DNA of 64,000 bases. Source: Candidatus Marinacidobacterales bacterium (GTDB lineage: Bacteria > Acidobacteriota > Vicinamibacteria > Marinacidobacterales > DATDRI01). A program made the translations under genes and the position numbers. Position 1 is the stretch's first letter, and the number at the start of each line of letters is the position of its first letter. The notes under the pieces were generated by a model. The model searched no databases, had not been told where the DNA came from, and saw nothing but the letters and a program-made list of their open reading frames with translations. Positions 28,345 to 37,808 of this stretch are shown here, piece after piece. Location: positions 2,688,001 to 2,752,000 of the forward strand of contig OZ245365.1 of the NCBI GenBank assembly GCA_965226495.1, in the 5' to 3' direction.

Positions 28345-28827
28345 CTAGTGCCTGTTGAAGATGATTCGGGCATGCTTCCACGATCCGTCCGACTGCCGCC
28401 GGAGAATGTCGATGGCCTTCACATGCCATGGAACCGATTCTCCGTTCGCTTTCAAGGTCCGGGTTCCCTTGATCGTACTCCGATGGATCGCCCAATCCCC
28501 AGCCACGATCACCTCCTCGTGTGTCAATTTCAGCTCGAAGTCGGCCCCAGCAAAACGGCGGGCCAGATACTCCCGGAAAAGCTCACGTCCCACCATCGTC
28601 GGCTCGTCGGCGGGTATATAGACAATGTCCTCGACCGCTAGCGCGGCGAGCGCGTCGGCATCACCATCAACCTGCGCCTGGACTGCCGCCTCTCGCACAC
28701 TCTTGATCGCTTCGGTATCTGCATCGAGGGTATTGGGGGCAACTTGCAAAGTGGAGCATCCAAACACGCCGCCACAAGCGAGGACGCGAATGACGCTGAC
28801 TATGGCTCGCTGAACAAAAATCGTCAT
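28345..28827 (-). CDS. NTF2/SnoaL-like (DUF4440-type) protein
   Basis: GDADALAAL..ED.V..P...GDWA...ILRRQSDGSWK; AGGAG RBS. Confidence 0.8.
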   Translation of the reverse strand: MTIFVQRAIVSVIRVLACGGVFGCSTLQVAPNTLDADTEAIKSVREAAVQAQVDGDADALAALAVEDIVYIPADEPTMVGRELFREYLARRFAGADFELKLTHEEVIVAGDWAIHRSTIKGTRTLKANGESVPWHVKAIDILRRQSDGSWKHARIIFNRH

Positions 28828-28889
28828 GACGACTCTCCTAAATAGGCGCCACACATGTGAACCTGGAGCTTCCTACTACGCTCCGGCTT

Positions 28890-29276
28890 CTATCCGTTGT
28901 ACAGGTCGAAGCACGTCACGGTTATCGGATGCCTATTGCCCGGCTTTATATTCACACGTCCCGGTGATACAAGCGCGCGCTGGATGGCACGCGCAATCGC
29001 CTTCTTGATCTCTTCTTCCGTCGGGAAGTCGTTTCGCCCTATGGGCTGGGTGTTTGGCGGCGTTGAGTTTCGCTGAGTATCGCTCAGCGACACTCGAAAG
29101 GAATAGCCGCCATCGCGCTTCTCTTCTACGAACCAACTTTCTCCGTCCTGACCTGGGTTGGTTACCTTGGCCCACTGTACTTCTTTCAGCTGTCCGACCT
29201 TCTTGCCAAAAGGCTCATATTGAATTGTCACGGCGTCCTCCCCTCCCGGCCTGGGTTCGACATCCGTTCGACTCAC
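28890..29276 (-). CDS. Hypothetical protein
   Basis: 128-aa ORF with GGAG-GTG start just downstream of tRNA-Glu. Confidence 0.5.
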   Translation of the reverse strand: MSRTDVEPRPGGEDAVTIQYEPFGKKVGQLKEVQWAKVTNPGQDGESWFVEEKRDGGYSFRVSLSDTQRNSTPPNTQPIGRNDFPTEEEIKKAIARAIQRALVSPGRVNIKPGNRHPITVTCFDLYNG

Positions 29277-29320
29277 GCTCCGTTTTCCCTGTGTAATTCC
29301 TTTTAAGTCATTGAATTAAA

Positions 29321-29396
29321 TGGCGTCCCCAGGGGGAGTCGAACCCCCGTTTTCGCCGTGAAAGGGCGACGTCCTGGGCCACTAGACGATGGGGAC
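29321..29396 (-). tRNA. tRNA-Glu(TTC)
   Basis: GTCCCCATCGTCTAGTGGCCCAGGACGTCGCCCT-TTC-ACGGCGAAAACGGGGGTTCGACTCCCCCTGGGGACGCCA, 76 nt. Confidence 0.97.
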
Positions 29397-29409
29397 AAAA
29401 GGGGCCAAA

Positions 29410-29485
29410 TGGTGAGCCGTGCCGGGCTCGAACCGGCGACCCTCTGCTTAAAAGGCAGACGCTCTGCCAACTGAGCTAACGGCCC
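29410..29485 (-). tRNA. tRNA-Lys(TTT)
   Basis: GGGCCGTTAGCTCAGTTGGCAGAGCGTCTGCCT-TTT-AAGCAGAGGGTCGCCGGTTCGAGCCCGGCACGGCTCACCA, 76 nt. Confidence 0.97.
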
Positions 29486-29531
29486 GGGTCATTCTAGGCC
29501 GTTTGCGGCAGCCGGTCAACGTTTCGTGCCG

Positions 29532-30260
29532 TTACGGGTCCCACTGCTCCTCGAGCCATTTAGCGGCCCGTCGAAGATGTCGCCCGTACTCTGGAACTTG
29601 AAAATGGGTGATTCCCTGGACGACGAGTAGCTTGGCCGGGGCTCCATGCGATTCGAGGGTTTTCACTGCTTCATTCGCGGGGCCGATGGGCACAACTTCG
29701 TCATCCCGGCTGTGGATGACGTACAGAGGCATCTTGTCGAGCATTTCAACGGTCCCCGCAGGCGGTGAGCCGGCGACGACGATAGCGGCAGAGAACACTT
29801 CTGGATGGTGCGCCGCCATATACCAGGCTCCTGCGCCGCCCATACTGAATCCGGTGACCACGATGCGATCCCGATCGATGGCGTAGTTCTGGAGGATGTG
29901 ATCGAGAAGCACCATGACCTCGGTCTCGCTCTTAGGGTTCGCCCAACCCCGATACGGGCAGTCTGGGGCCACGAGGACGGCTCCCAATTTCTCGAGGCCC
30001 GGCTCGACGAGCCGTATTAGGAAATCCTTCCCGTAGAAGGGGGTGACCCGGCCGCCGTAATGAAGGGCCAGAACCAACGGCCGCGGTTGGTCGGGTTCGT
30101 AACCGTCGGGAACCGATACCGTGAATCGTAGGACTCGCGCGTCAGGCCGTTCGAGGGTCCCCTCGTGCAGTCCTGAGCTCTGCGGGAGCTGTGCGCCAAG
30201 CCCCAGGAACAGAGGAAGCACGAGAGAAAGCAAAGCGAGCGTCTTACGCCGTTTTACGCG
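29532..30260 (-). CDS. Secreted alpha/beta hydrolase (predicted peptidase/esterase); start uncertain
   Basis: PLVLALHYGG, GFSMGG nucleophile elbow, HSRDDEVV, distal His. Confidence 0.8.
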   Translation of the reverse strand, partial: RVKRRKTLALLSLVLPLFLGLGAQLPQSSGLHEGTLERPDARVLRFTVSVPDGYEPDQPRPLVLALHYGGRVTPFYGKDFLIRLVEPGLEKLGAVLVAPDCPYRGWANPKSETEVMVLLDHILQNYAIDRDRIVVTGFSMGGAGAWYMAAHHPEVFSAAIVVAGSPPAGTVEMLDKMPLYVIHSRDDEVVPIGPANEAVKTLESHGAPAKLLVVQGITHFQVPEYGRHLRRAAKWLEEQWDP

Positions 30261-31597
30261 GTGCCATCCGAAACCGGACTCCCGGCACCGAACCACCGGT
30301 CCACGAGCGGCTCCCCCTTTTCCATGTCGAGAATCGTCGCGTTGCGGTCTGGACCGGTCGAGATCGCACCGATAGGGACTCTGCTTAGCTCCTCGAGGCT
30401 CTCGAGGTACCGGCGGGCGTTGGCTGGAAGATCTCGGAGTCGCGTAGCACCCGCGGTCGGTTCCGCCCATCCCGGCATCGTCCGGTATTCGGGCTCGCAC
30501 TCCTCGAGCATCGAAAGCTCACCCGGAAACTCCTCGACCGGTTCACCGCGGTAGCGATATCGGGTGCAGATCTTTATCTCCTCGAGTCCGTCCAGAACAT
30601 CGAGCTTCGTGATCGCCAGGGCATCGAGGCCGTTCACGCGGTTCGCGTATCGCACCACCACGCTGTCGAACCAACCGCAGCGGCGCGGCCTTCCCGTCGA
30701 GGCACCGAACTCTTCGCCCTTCTGCCGAATGTCCTCTCCGAGCTGGCCCAACATCTCGGTAGGTAACGGTCCCGCGCCGACGCGAGTGATGTAGGCCTTG
30801 GTGATGCCCAGAACGTGATCGATCGCGGTCGGGCCGATACCACTTCCCGTACAAGCCCCGCCCGCCGTCGCATTCGAAGACGTCACGAAAGGATAGGTCC
30901 CATGATCGATGTCGAGCAAAGTGGCCTGCGCACCTTCGAACATAACCGACTGCCCTGCTTGAACCGCTTGGTGGATCAAGCGAGAGGTGTCGGTCACGTG
31001 CGGGAGCGCCGTTTCTGCGAAACGTGTCAACACCGGGAGAATCGATTCCGCGTCGAGGTCCGGCTCGTCACCTTGTGCGGCAATCCAAGCGTTGGTCTCA
31101 CTAATTCGATGTTCCAGCTTTTCGCGGAACGCCTCCGGGTGTCGTAGGTCCCCCACTCGCAAGCCGCGGCGCGCGACCTTGTCCTCGTAGGCGGGTCCGA
31201 TGCCCCGGCAGGTCGTGCCGATGCGCTTATCTCCGAGTTTCTTCTCCGACACCGCTTCCAATCTGCGGTGATAGGGCAATATCAAATGGGCTCGATCAGA
31301 AACAAAGAGATTGTCCCCGACTTCGATACCCAAACCTCGCAACGTCTTTACTTCTTCCAAGAACGCTTCCGGGTCAACCACGCAGCCATTTCCGATCACG
31401 CACTTCACGCCCGGGCGGAGGACGCCGGAAGGCAGCAGGTGCAAAACGAACTGCGTCTTCCCGACGACGACGGTATGGCCGGCGTTATGCCCTCCCCCGA
31501 AGCGGACCACCATCTCGACCCGCTCGGAAAGAAGATCGACGTATTTTCCCTTGCCCTCGTCGCCCCACTGGGTGCCGACGACCACGATATTCGGCAT
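30254..31597 (-). CDS. purA: Adenylosuccinate synthetase
   Basis: QWGDEGKGK, GIGPAYEDK, EFGASTGRPRRCGWFD. Confidence 0.98.
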   Translation of the reverse strand: MPNIVVVGTQWGDEGKGKYVDLLSERVEMVVRFGGGHNAGHTVVVGKTQFVLHLLPSGVLRPGVKCVIGNGCVVDPEAFLEEVKTLRGLGIEVGDNLFVSDRAHLILPYHRRLEAVSEKKLGDKRIGTTCRGIGPAYEDKVARRGLRVGDLRHPEAFREKLEHRISETNAWIAAQGDEPDLDAESILPVLTRFAETALPHVTDTSRLIHQAVQAGQSVMFEGAQATLLDIDHGTYPFVTSSNATAGGACTGSGIGPTAIDHVLGITKAYITRVGAGPLPTEMLGQLGEDIRQKGEEFGASTGRPRRCGWFDSVVVRYANRVNGLDALAITKLDVLDGLEEIKICTRYRYRGEPVEEFPGELSMLEECEPEYRTMPGWAEPTAGATRLRDLPANARRYLESLEELSRVPIGAISTGPDRNATILDMEKGEPLVDRWFGAGSPVSDGTA

Positions 31598-31655
31598 CTA
31601 CCCGTTACCTCTATCCAACAGCCTTCAAGTCTAGCAAAACCGGAAATCAAATGCC

Positions 31656-33119
31656 TCAGTCGGCGAGCCCCATCCCCTTCTCCACTTCCTCCGATACCTC
31701 GTTGACCACTTGCCACAGGTGCTCGACGTGCTCCTTCTTCGTCCGCAGATGGGTAATACAAACCCGAAGCGAAAAACGTCCTCCCAAACGGCAGTGTGAC
31801 ATCGCAAGCCCGTCTCGAGTGTTGAGTCGAACCATGATCTCCTCGTTCAATTCGTCGAGGACGGCCCCGGTCGCGGATCGTTCCGGCACGCGTCGGAAAC
31901 AGACGACGCTGGTCATGACCGGTGCAAGGAGCTCGTACCGCGGAGCGGACTCTACCCAGATCGCAAGCTCCTTCGCCAACTGCAGGTGTTCTTCGATCCG
32001 TTCTTGGATCGCATGAAGGCCGTACACTTTCAGAGTCATCCATATTCTGAGCGCCCTCATGCGACGGGTCAGCTCGATCGTATGCTCCATCGGATTCGGT
32101 AAGGCTCCCCGGCTTTCTGCCTCCGACACTTTCAAGTACTCGGGTACGAGCCTGAAGAACTGTCTCATCTGATCGCCGTCACGAACCAGAAGGCAGCTGG
32201 TGTCGATCGGAACGAAGAGCCACTTGTGAGGGTCGAGGGAGAGAGAATCGGCGCGTGCAAGTCCCCTCCGCAGCCACGCCCCCGAAGGCGCTATCGCCGA
32301 CAGAGCGCCGTATGCTCCATCCACATGAAGCCACACACGCTCTTCTTCACAAACGTCGGCAATCGTCTCCAAAGGATCGACCGCTCCACTACCAATCGTA
32401 CCCGCCGTAGCGATCACCGCCGCCGGTTCTCGGCCCTCCTCTCGATCCCAAGCGACGGCTTCGGCCAAGGCCTCGGGTTTCAGACGATACTCGTGATCGG
32501 TCTTGATGGGATGAATGGCGTCTTTTCCCAGACCCAAGAAACGAAGGGCACGATGGACCGAGCTATGGACCTCGGGAGACGCGTAGAAAACAACGTCTTT
32601 CCTCACTCCCGCTCTTTCCCGAGCCAACGCAAGAGCCATCAAGTTCGCTACCGAGCCGCCACTTGTTAGAACGCCGTCACCCACCGCCGGGTAACCGATC
32701 ATCTCTTTGATCCAGTTGATGACTTGCCGCTCAACCGCGGCTCCCGAAGCTGCGCCGCGCCAAAGACTAACGTTTTGATTTAGCGTCGATGTGAGGGCAT
32801 CGGACAGGATCCCCACGATGGTTGACGAGTTGGGCACATAGGCGAAGTTCCCGGGATGCTGGAGATGTGTGCCCAAGCCGACGACCTTTTCTTGAAATCC
32901 TCGGAAGACATCCGCGGGAGACTCCCCCAGGTCGGGTACTGGCTCCTCGAACGCGCGGGCAACCTCAGAAGGAGACTCTGGCTGAAAAATCGGGACATCG
33001 GGCGGGTTCTCCAGGTAGTCCAGGATCCAATCGACGGCCTCGTGCGCGAACGCTCTCAGGGTCGCCGAATCGAGCTCCGGCCGAGAGGGAAATTCACTGT
33101 CCCTAGCCATTCGTTTCAC
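31656..33119 (-). CDS. Group II PLP-dependent amino acid decarboxylase
   Basis: SGGSVANL, WLHVDGAYG, DSLSLDPHKW. Confidence 0.92.
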   Translation of the reverse strand: MKRMARDSEFPSRPELDSATLRAFAHEAVDWILDYLENPPDVPIFQPESPSEVARAFEEPVPDLGESPADVFRGFQEKVVGLGTHLQHPGNFAYVPNSSTIVGILSDALTSTLNQNVSLWRGAASGAAVERQVINWIKEMIGYPAVGDGVLTSGGSVANLMALALARERAGVRKDVVFYASPEVHSSVHRALRFLGLGKDAIHPIKTDHEYRLKPEALAEAVAWDREEGREPAAVIATAGTIGSGAVDPLETIADVCEEERVWLHVDGAYGALSAIAPSGAWLRRGLARADSLSLDPHKWLFVPIDTSCLLVRDGDQMRQFFRLVPEYLKVSEAESRGALPNPMEHTIELTRRMRALRIWMTLKVYGLHAIQERIEEHLQLAKELAIWVESAPRYELLAPVMTSVVCFRRVPERSATGAVLDELNEEIMVRLNTRDGLAMSHCRLGGRFSLRVCITHLRTKKEHVEHLWQVVNEVSEEVEKGMGLAD

Positions 33120-33209
33120 TCGTGTCGTAGTATGCGGGCTATGCCAGAAACGCCCTCGAGTGAAAGCTTACTCTGGAACGGCCCACGGCGGTAGCTCTCG
33201 TGGTGCCCA

Positions 33210-34241
33210 TTGGAAACTAGTTACTTGGAGAGATACATTCCGCGCCCCGAGATCGAAGCCCGGCTTCTCGCTAACGTCGAGGCCGGCCGAGCCACTATGG
33301 TGCTGGGTCCCCGGGGCTCCGGCAAGACAACGCTGCTTAGGCGCGTACGCTCGCTCATCGGCACAACCCGCCCGACTGCCCTTATTCAGATCGAGCCCAT
33401 CGCAGCATCTCCGGAGATACTCTGCGAGCGGTTCCTCCACATCGCTTGCGAGGCACTATCGTCCGGCTCCTCCCGGTCTTCCCGGTTAGGGCCCTTTAAG
33501 AGATTCGTCTGGTCGTTATCGAAGACCAAGCCGCGAGCGGTCCTGTTGCTCGACGATATCACCGAGCTGCGAACCCTTTCTTACTTCCCCGGAGTGGAGA
33601 AACCATTGGAGAGTGTTCTCGAGGCTTTGAGCAAGAAACAGGCGCCCGACTGTGTGGTGACGAGCCGGTTTCCGGCGTGGGTCGCTTCGTCCTTCAGCGA
33701 TTTGTCCAACACCGCGCGCGCACACTTCGATGTCGTGGAAATTCCTCCATTGAGCACCGACCAGTTGGGAACCTATGCCCTCGAGGGCGACGAACAACTC
33801 GTTGCTGCAACCGGAGGTTTGCCAGTCCACATCGCCCCACTCATTGCGCGGCTGGAAGCGGGAGACGATCTCCCTACCGCGTTGGCCGCCGAAATGGCAG
33901 ACCGCGGCCAGCTGGAGGCCGAGTGCCGTGCCACCTTGGGTCAACTTCTGCATCGGGCCCGCGGATATGGGGCCTGCAAGGCGGTGCTGCACGTGTTGGC
34001 GGAAGAGGAGGGTCTTCGGTTAACCGACGTCGCACGACGGCTCGATCGCACTCCCGGGTCGGCGCGAGACTATCTTCGTTGGCTCGAGGAAGTCGACTTG
34101 ATCACGGCTCGCGACAAACGGTTTTTCTTCGTCGACCCTGTCCTGCGTTTGTGGTTACGCCTCTACGGTCGAGGTGAGTTTCCCTCGCGTGATGTTATCG
34201 AGGCCGAGGTCGAACGACACCTGGGCTTGCAGCCCTCTTGA
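33210..34241 (+). CDS. P-loop ATPase (archaeal ATPase-like) with C-terminal wHTH
   Basis: GPRGSGKT, LLLDD, LTDVARRLDRTPGSARDYLRWL. Confidence 0.8.
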   Translation: METSYLERYIPRPEIEARLLANVEAGRATMVLGPRGSGKTTLLRRVRSLIGTTRPTALIQIEPIAASPEILCERFLHIACEALSSGSSRSSRLGPFKRFVWSLSKTKPRAVLLLDDITELRTLSYFPGVEKPLESVLEALSKKQAPDCVVTSRFPAWVASSFSDLSNTARAHFDVVEIPPLSTDQLGTYALEGDEQLVAATGGLPVHIAPLIARLEAGDDLPTALAAEMADRGQLEAECRATLGQLLHRARGYGACKAVLHVLAEEEGLRLTDVARRLDRTPGSARDYLRWLEEVDLITARDKRFFFVDPVLRLWLRLYGRGEFPSRDVIEAEVERHLGLQPS

Positions 34242-35596
34242 TCTCAGCGATGGTTGTCTCGGGCCTCGGCCATCTCGTACCCAGCCGGCTCGCAAGTCCC
34301 CCGATTTACACCGCTGCGGTGTATGGAATCGCCGGCCTCTCCTTCGCCCTCGCCATCAGTGCCTCGGTCAACGGACCCACCGTCGCGGCGAAAGACTCGG
34401 AGCGCAAACTGGAGCTCCCGAGCGGGCCGAGCTCGCCGGGTGGTGCAGCACCGGGCTCACGACGAGTGGCCGCGAGCACGCCCGATGCCGCGCTCCAAAG
34501 CTTTCTCGCCATCGAAGCGTTCGAAGTCCGACTCGAGATTCTCGTTCGCCCGAAAGACGTCGTCGACCTCCTCGGCCTCGGCTCTGACCCGCACATCGCG
34601 GTCGAGAACCAAAGTGTCGTCAAAGAACGCGCCCGCGAGCTCGTGCTCGAGCGCATGGCTTTCCAAATCGACGGGGAGACGCCCGAGCCGATTTCAGAGC
34701 GGATCGATTTCGTGACCTTCGACACGCAGGGAGCCCTTCCCCGCCCCACTCCGGTCCCCGAGCTCGTCGGGGCTGCGTGGATTGGCGTGACGGCGGTGTA
34801 CCTGACGAAGGCGCCCGCCCGCGAGGTGACGCTCACCTGGCAGCGCTTCGACGCGGCGACGGAGATCCCGGCGACCGTGACCGACCCCGAATCTTCGCGC
34901 ACCACGATGCTGACGGCCGACGAGCCGGTTCTTCGATGGGAGAACGAGCTCGCCGAGGATCCCGTCCCGACTGTGGCCGCGATCGCGGTGGAACCGCCCA
35001 CGTTTCCGTTGCCCCTTTGGTCGCTGCTGCCTCTTGCCACGGCACTGTTCTTTTCCGTGGCGGCGCTCCGCGGTCGGCGCCCGGCGTTCTCCTTTGCCTT
35101 CGTACGCGTGATGCTCGCATTGGCTGTCTTTGTGGGCCCGCTCGGCAACGTGGTGATCGCGCTTCCGGCGTCCGTGGGGGCGGCCCCCAACGCCGGTCAG
35201 GCGAAGCGGATCCTGGCCGGTCTTCTCCCGAACATGTATCGCGCCTTCGAGTTTAGGGAGGAATCCGCCGTCTATGACCGGCTTGCCTTGAGCGTCACCG
35301 GCGAGACACTGACCGAGGTCTATCTCGATCACCGACGAGTCCTCGAGATGGAAGAACGTGGTGGCGCGCGAGCCCGGGTCGAGGCCGTCGAAGTAATCGG
35401 AATCGATTCGGTCGAGCCCGAGATTTCCGGTGGCTTCACGTGTGACGCCACCTGGACCGTCGGGGGCACGGTGACTCACTTCGGCCACCGTCATTTCCGT
35501 CAGAACCGCTTCGATGCTCGCGTGCTCGTCGTGCCCGAAGAGAACACCTGGAAGATCCGATCCATCGAAGTTCTCGGTGAGGAACGATTGCGGTGA
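34238..35596 (+). CDS. Hypothetical membrane protein of the DUF3604 cluster; 5' end probably chimeric
   Basis: Long ORF with TM pair and VTHFGHRHFRQN C-terminus; weak TTG start. Confidence 0.6.
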   Translation: MISAMVVSGLGHLVPSRLASPPIYTAAVYGIAGLSFALAISASVNGPTVAAKDSERKLELPSGPSSPGGAAPGSRRVAASTPDAALQSFLAIEAFEVRLEILVRPKDVVDLLGLGSDPHIAVENQSVVKERARELVLERMAFQIDGETPEPISERIDFVTFDTQGALPRPTPVPELVGAAWIGVTAVYLTKAPAREVTLTWQRFDAATEIPATVTDPESSRTTMLTADEPVLRWENELAEDPVPTVAAIAVEPPTFPLPLWSLLPLATALFFSVAALRGRRPAFSFAFVRVMLALAVFVGPLGNVVIALPASVGAAPNAGQAKRILAGLLPNMYRAFEFREESAVYDRLALSVTGETLTEVYLDHRRVLEMEERGGARARVEAVEVIGIDSVEPEISGGFTCDATWTVGGTVTHFGHRHFRQNRFDARVLVVPEENTWKIRSIEVLGEERLR

Positions 35597-35735
35597 CGGC
35601 CTAACCAGGTCGAGGATTTCATTGCCCAGCGCGCAGCATTTCCCCTCGTCGTTGGCCCTTGTAACAAACCGACATCCTCGGCACTTTCGTGCGCAAAACT
35701 GACCGTAGTGACACTCGGCAATTGAGGACGTAAAC

Positions 35736-36779
35736 ATGAGAAGCTCGATTCCTTTGAAAGCTCGGTGCCATCGATTCTTCGGCCTGGGAGTGGCACTCCT
35801 GTTGTCAGTGCCAGCGGCAGCGGAAAGAACCGATGTGCTCATCCTCAAGAACGGGGATCACATAACAGGGGAAATCAAGAAACTCCAGCGGGGAACGTTG
35901 GAGTTCAAGACCGAGCGCATGGGCACGCTCAACGTGGAGTGGCCTGCCGTGGCGCGGCTAACGAGCAGCATTGACTTCGAGGTCGTGCTGGACGACGGTC
36001 GCAAATTCTACGGTACCCTCGCCCCTGATGCCGAGGAAGGCCTTTTGGACGTTGCCGGCGCCGCAATGGAAACTGCGCCTCTTCCCTCGGTCGTTGAAAT
36101 TACGCCCTTCGAGAAGAGTTTTTTGAGTCAGGTGAACGGCTCCCTGAGCGTGGGCTATAGCTTCGCTCAGTCCAATACGACCTCCAGCTGGAACGCCGCG
36201 GCGAACGCCAGGTACCGCACTCGAAACTACCTCACGACCGTCAGTTACTCTTCCCTTCTCAACGCGCAAGAGGGATCGGCTACCACGACTCGCAATAACT
36301 TGGGTCTTACGTTCAGTCGTTTCCTAGGGAGTAGTTGGTTCGCCATGGGACTCGCTCAGTTCCTGCAGAGCAGCGAGCTCGGAGTGGATTTGCGATCGAC
36401 CGCCGGTGGAGCCCTCGGAAACTCCATCATCCGAACGAATCGGGCGGTCTTGGCGCCCTTTGCCGGCATCGGTTACAGCAACAGCATCTTGGTCGGCTCG
36501 ACTCCCTCCCGAAACGAGTTGTTGGCGCTGGCGGGAGTGCAACACTACCTGTTTACATTTGGGCACCACAAAACCGACCTGACCACGAGCTTCTACGTCC
36601 TACCCAGCTTGACGGAGTCCGGTCACTTCAGGCTGGAGTTCCAAAGCGACTATCGCATCAAACTCTTCAGTGATTTCTACTGGAATCTAAACGTCTTCGA
36701 CAGTTTCGACAACGATCCCCCCCCGGGCGGAGCAAGGAACGATTCTGGAGTGACGACCTCTTTGCAGTGGTCGTTTTGA
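35736..36779 (+). CDS. DUF481-type outer-membrane beta-barrel protein
   Basis: DVLILKNGDHITGEI N-domain; terminal WSF. Confidence 0.8.
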   Translation: MRSSIPLKARCHRFFGLGVALLLSVPAAAERTDVLILKNGDHITGEIKKLQRGTLEFKTERMGTLNVEWPAVARLTSSIDFEVVLDDGRKFYGTLAPDAEEGLLDVAGAAMETAPLPSVVEITPFEKSFLSQVNGSLSVGYSFAQSNTTSSWNAAANARYRTRNYLTTVSYSSLLNAQEGSATTTRNNLGLTFSRFLGSSWFAMGLAQFLQSSELGVDLRSTAGGALGNSIIRTNRAVLAPFAGIGYSNSILVGSTPSRNELLALAGVQHYLFTFGHHKTDLTTSFYVLPSLTESGHFRLEFQSDYRIKLFSDFYWNLNVFDSFDNDPPPGGARNDSGVTTSLQWSF

Positions 36780-36957
36780 CGGAACGCGGCGTAATCTGGT
36801 ACGCGCGACCGCCCGAGATGATAAAGTAGTGGCCCCGGGCAGCCGATAGACCAATCCGCAGACAATAAGCGGACCCCATTCTCGACAGTCTCAACAGGGA
36901 GCAGAGATGACTATGGCTCAGCAAGTTAGCAATTTGAAGTTTGAAAAGAGTAGTCAC

Positions 36958-37767
36958 ATGAGAACTCGGACGCCTCTACTGGTATTCGCGACCTGCTGCT
37001 GGCTGGCGCTGTGCGGTTCGGCTGCGGCACAGGATCAGCAGGAAGACCTCGCGAAAACGATACAGAACCCGTTGGCGAGTCTCGTCTCCCTTCCGTTTCA
37101 GGCCAACTACAACAACGGAGTCGGGGAACACGACCGCTTGTTCTTCAACCTCAACATACAGCCGGTCGTTCCATTCCCGGGCGAGAAGTGGAACGTCATC
37201 ACCCGCACCATCATCCCGGTCAACAGCGTGCCTCTGGGCGAGACCGATTCGGTCTTCGGCATCGGCGACACCAACTTGAGCGTGTTTTTGTCGCCGGCCA
37301 AATCCAGCTCCCTCACCTGGGGGGTAGGGCCTGCCATCAATATACCGAGCGCTTCGAACCCTGAGGTTTTGGGCGCCGACAAGCTGTCCCTCGGCCCGAC
37401 CGGTGTGGTTTTCTACGGAGTCGGCAAATGGACCATGGGCTTGGTGACCAGCAATGTCTGGTCCGTCGCCGGAAACAGCGACCGGGAAGACGTCAACTTC
37501 TTCTTCGCCCAGTGGTTCCTGAACTTCAACTTCGGGGGGGGCTGGGCCGTGGGCACCGCGCCGATCATCACCGGCAACTGGGAAGCCGATCCCGGCAACA
37601 GGTGGACGATTCCGTGGGGCCTCCAGATCTCCAAGGTGTCACACGTGGGCTCGCGGCCGATCAACGTCCTTATCGGCTACTACAGGAACTCCGAGCACCC
37701 GGAGGGCGGCGCCGATAGCCAGGTCCGATTCCAGATCAGCTTCTTATTCCCTCAGGCAAGTCGATGA
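36958..37767 (+). CDS. Outer-membrane beta-barrel protein (family often misannotated 'neuromedin U')
   Basis: LAKTIQNPLASLVSLPFQ, NIQPVVPF, GIGD, QISFLFP. Confidence 0.75.
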   Translation: MRTRTPLLVFATCCWLALCGSAAAQDQQEDLAKTIQNPLASLVSLPFQANYNNGVGEHDRLFFNLNIQPVVPFPGEKWNVITRTIIPVNSVPLGETDSVFGIGDTNLSVFLSPAKSSSLTWGVGPAINIPSASNPEVLGADKLSLGPTGVVFYGVGKWTMGLVTSNVWSVAGNSDREDVNFFFAQWFLNFNFGGGWAVGTAPIITGNWEADPGNRWTIPWGLQISKVSHVGSRPINVLIGYYRNSEHPEGGADSQVRFQISFLFPQASR

Positions 37768-37808
37768 CGGAGCAATCATCAAGAACGTTTGGCTCGGAAG
37801 GTGAAACC

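Noticed and set aside
30260-30500. N-terminal extension of the 322-aa hydrolase ORF
   Set aside because: Overlaps the purA 3' end out of frame; the signal-peptide-like region begins near 30255
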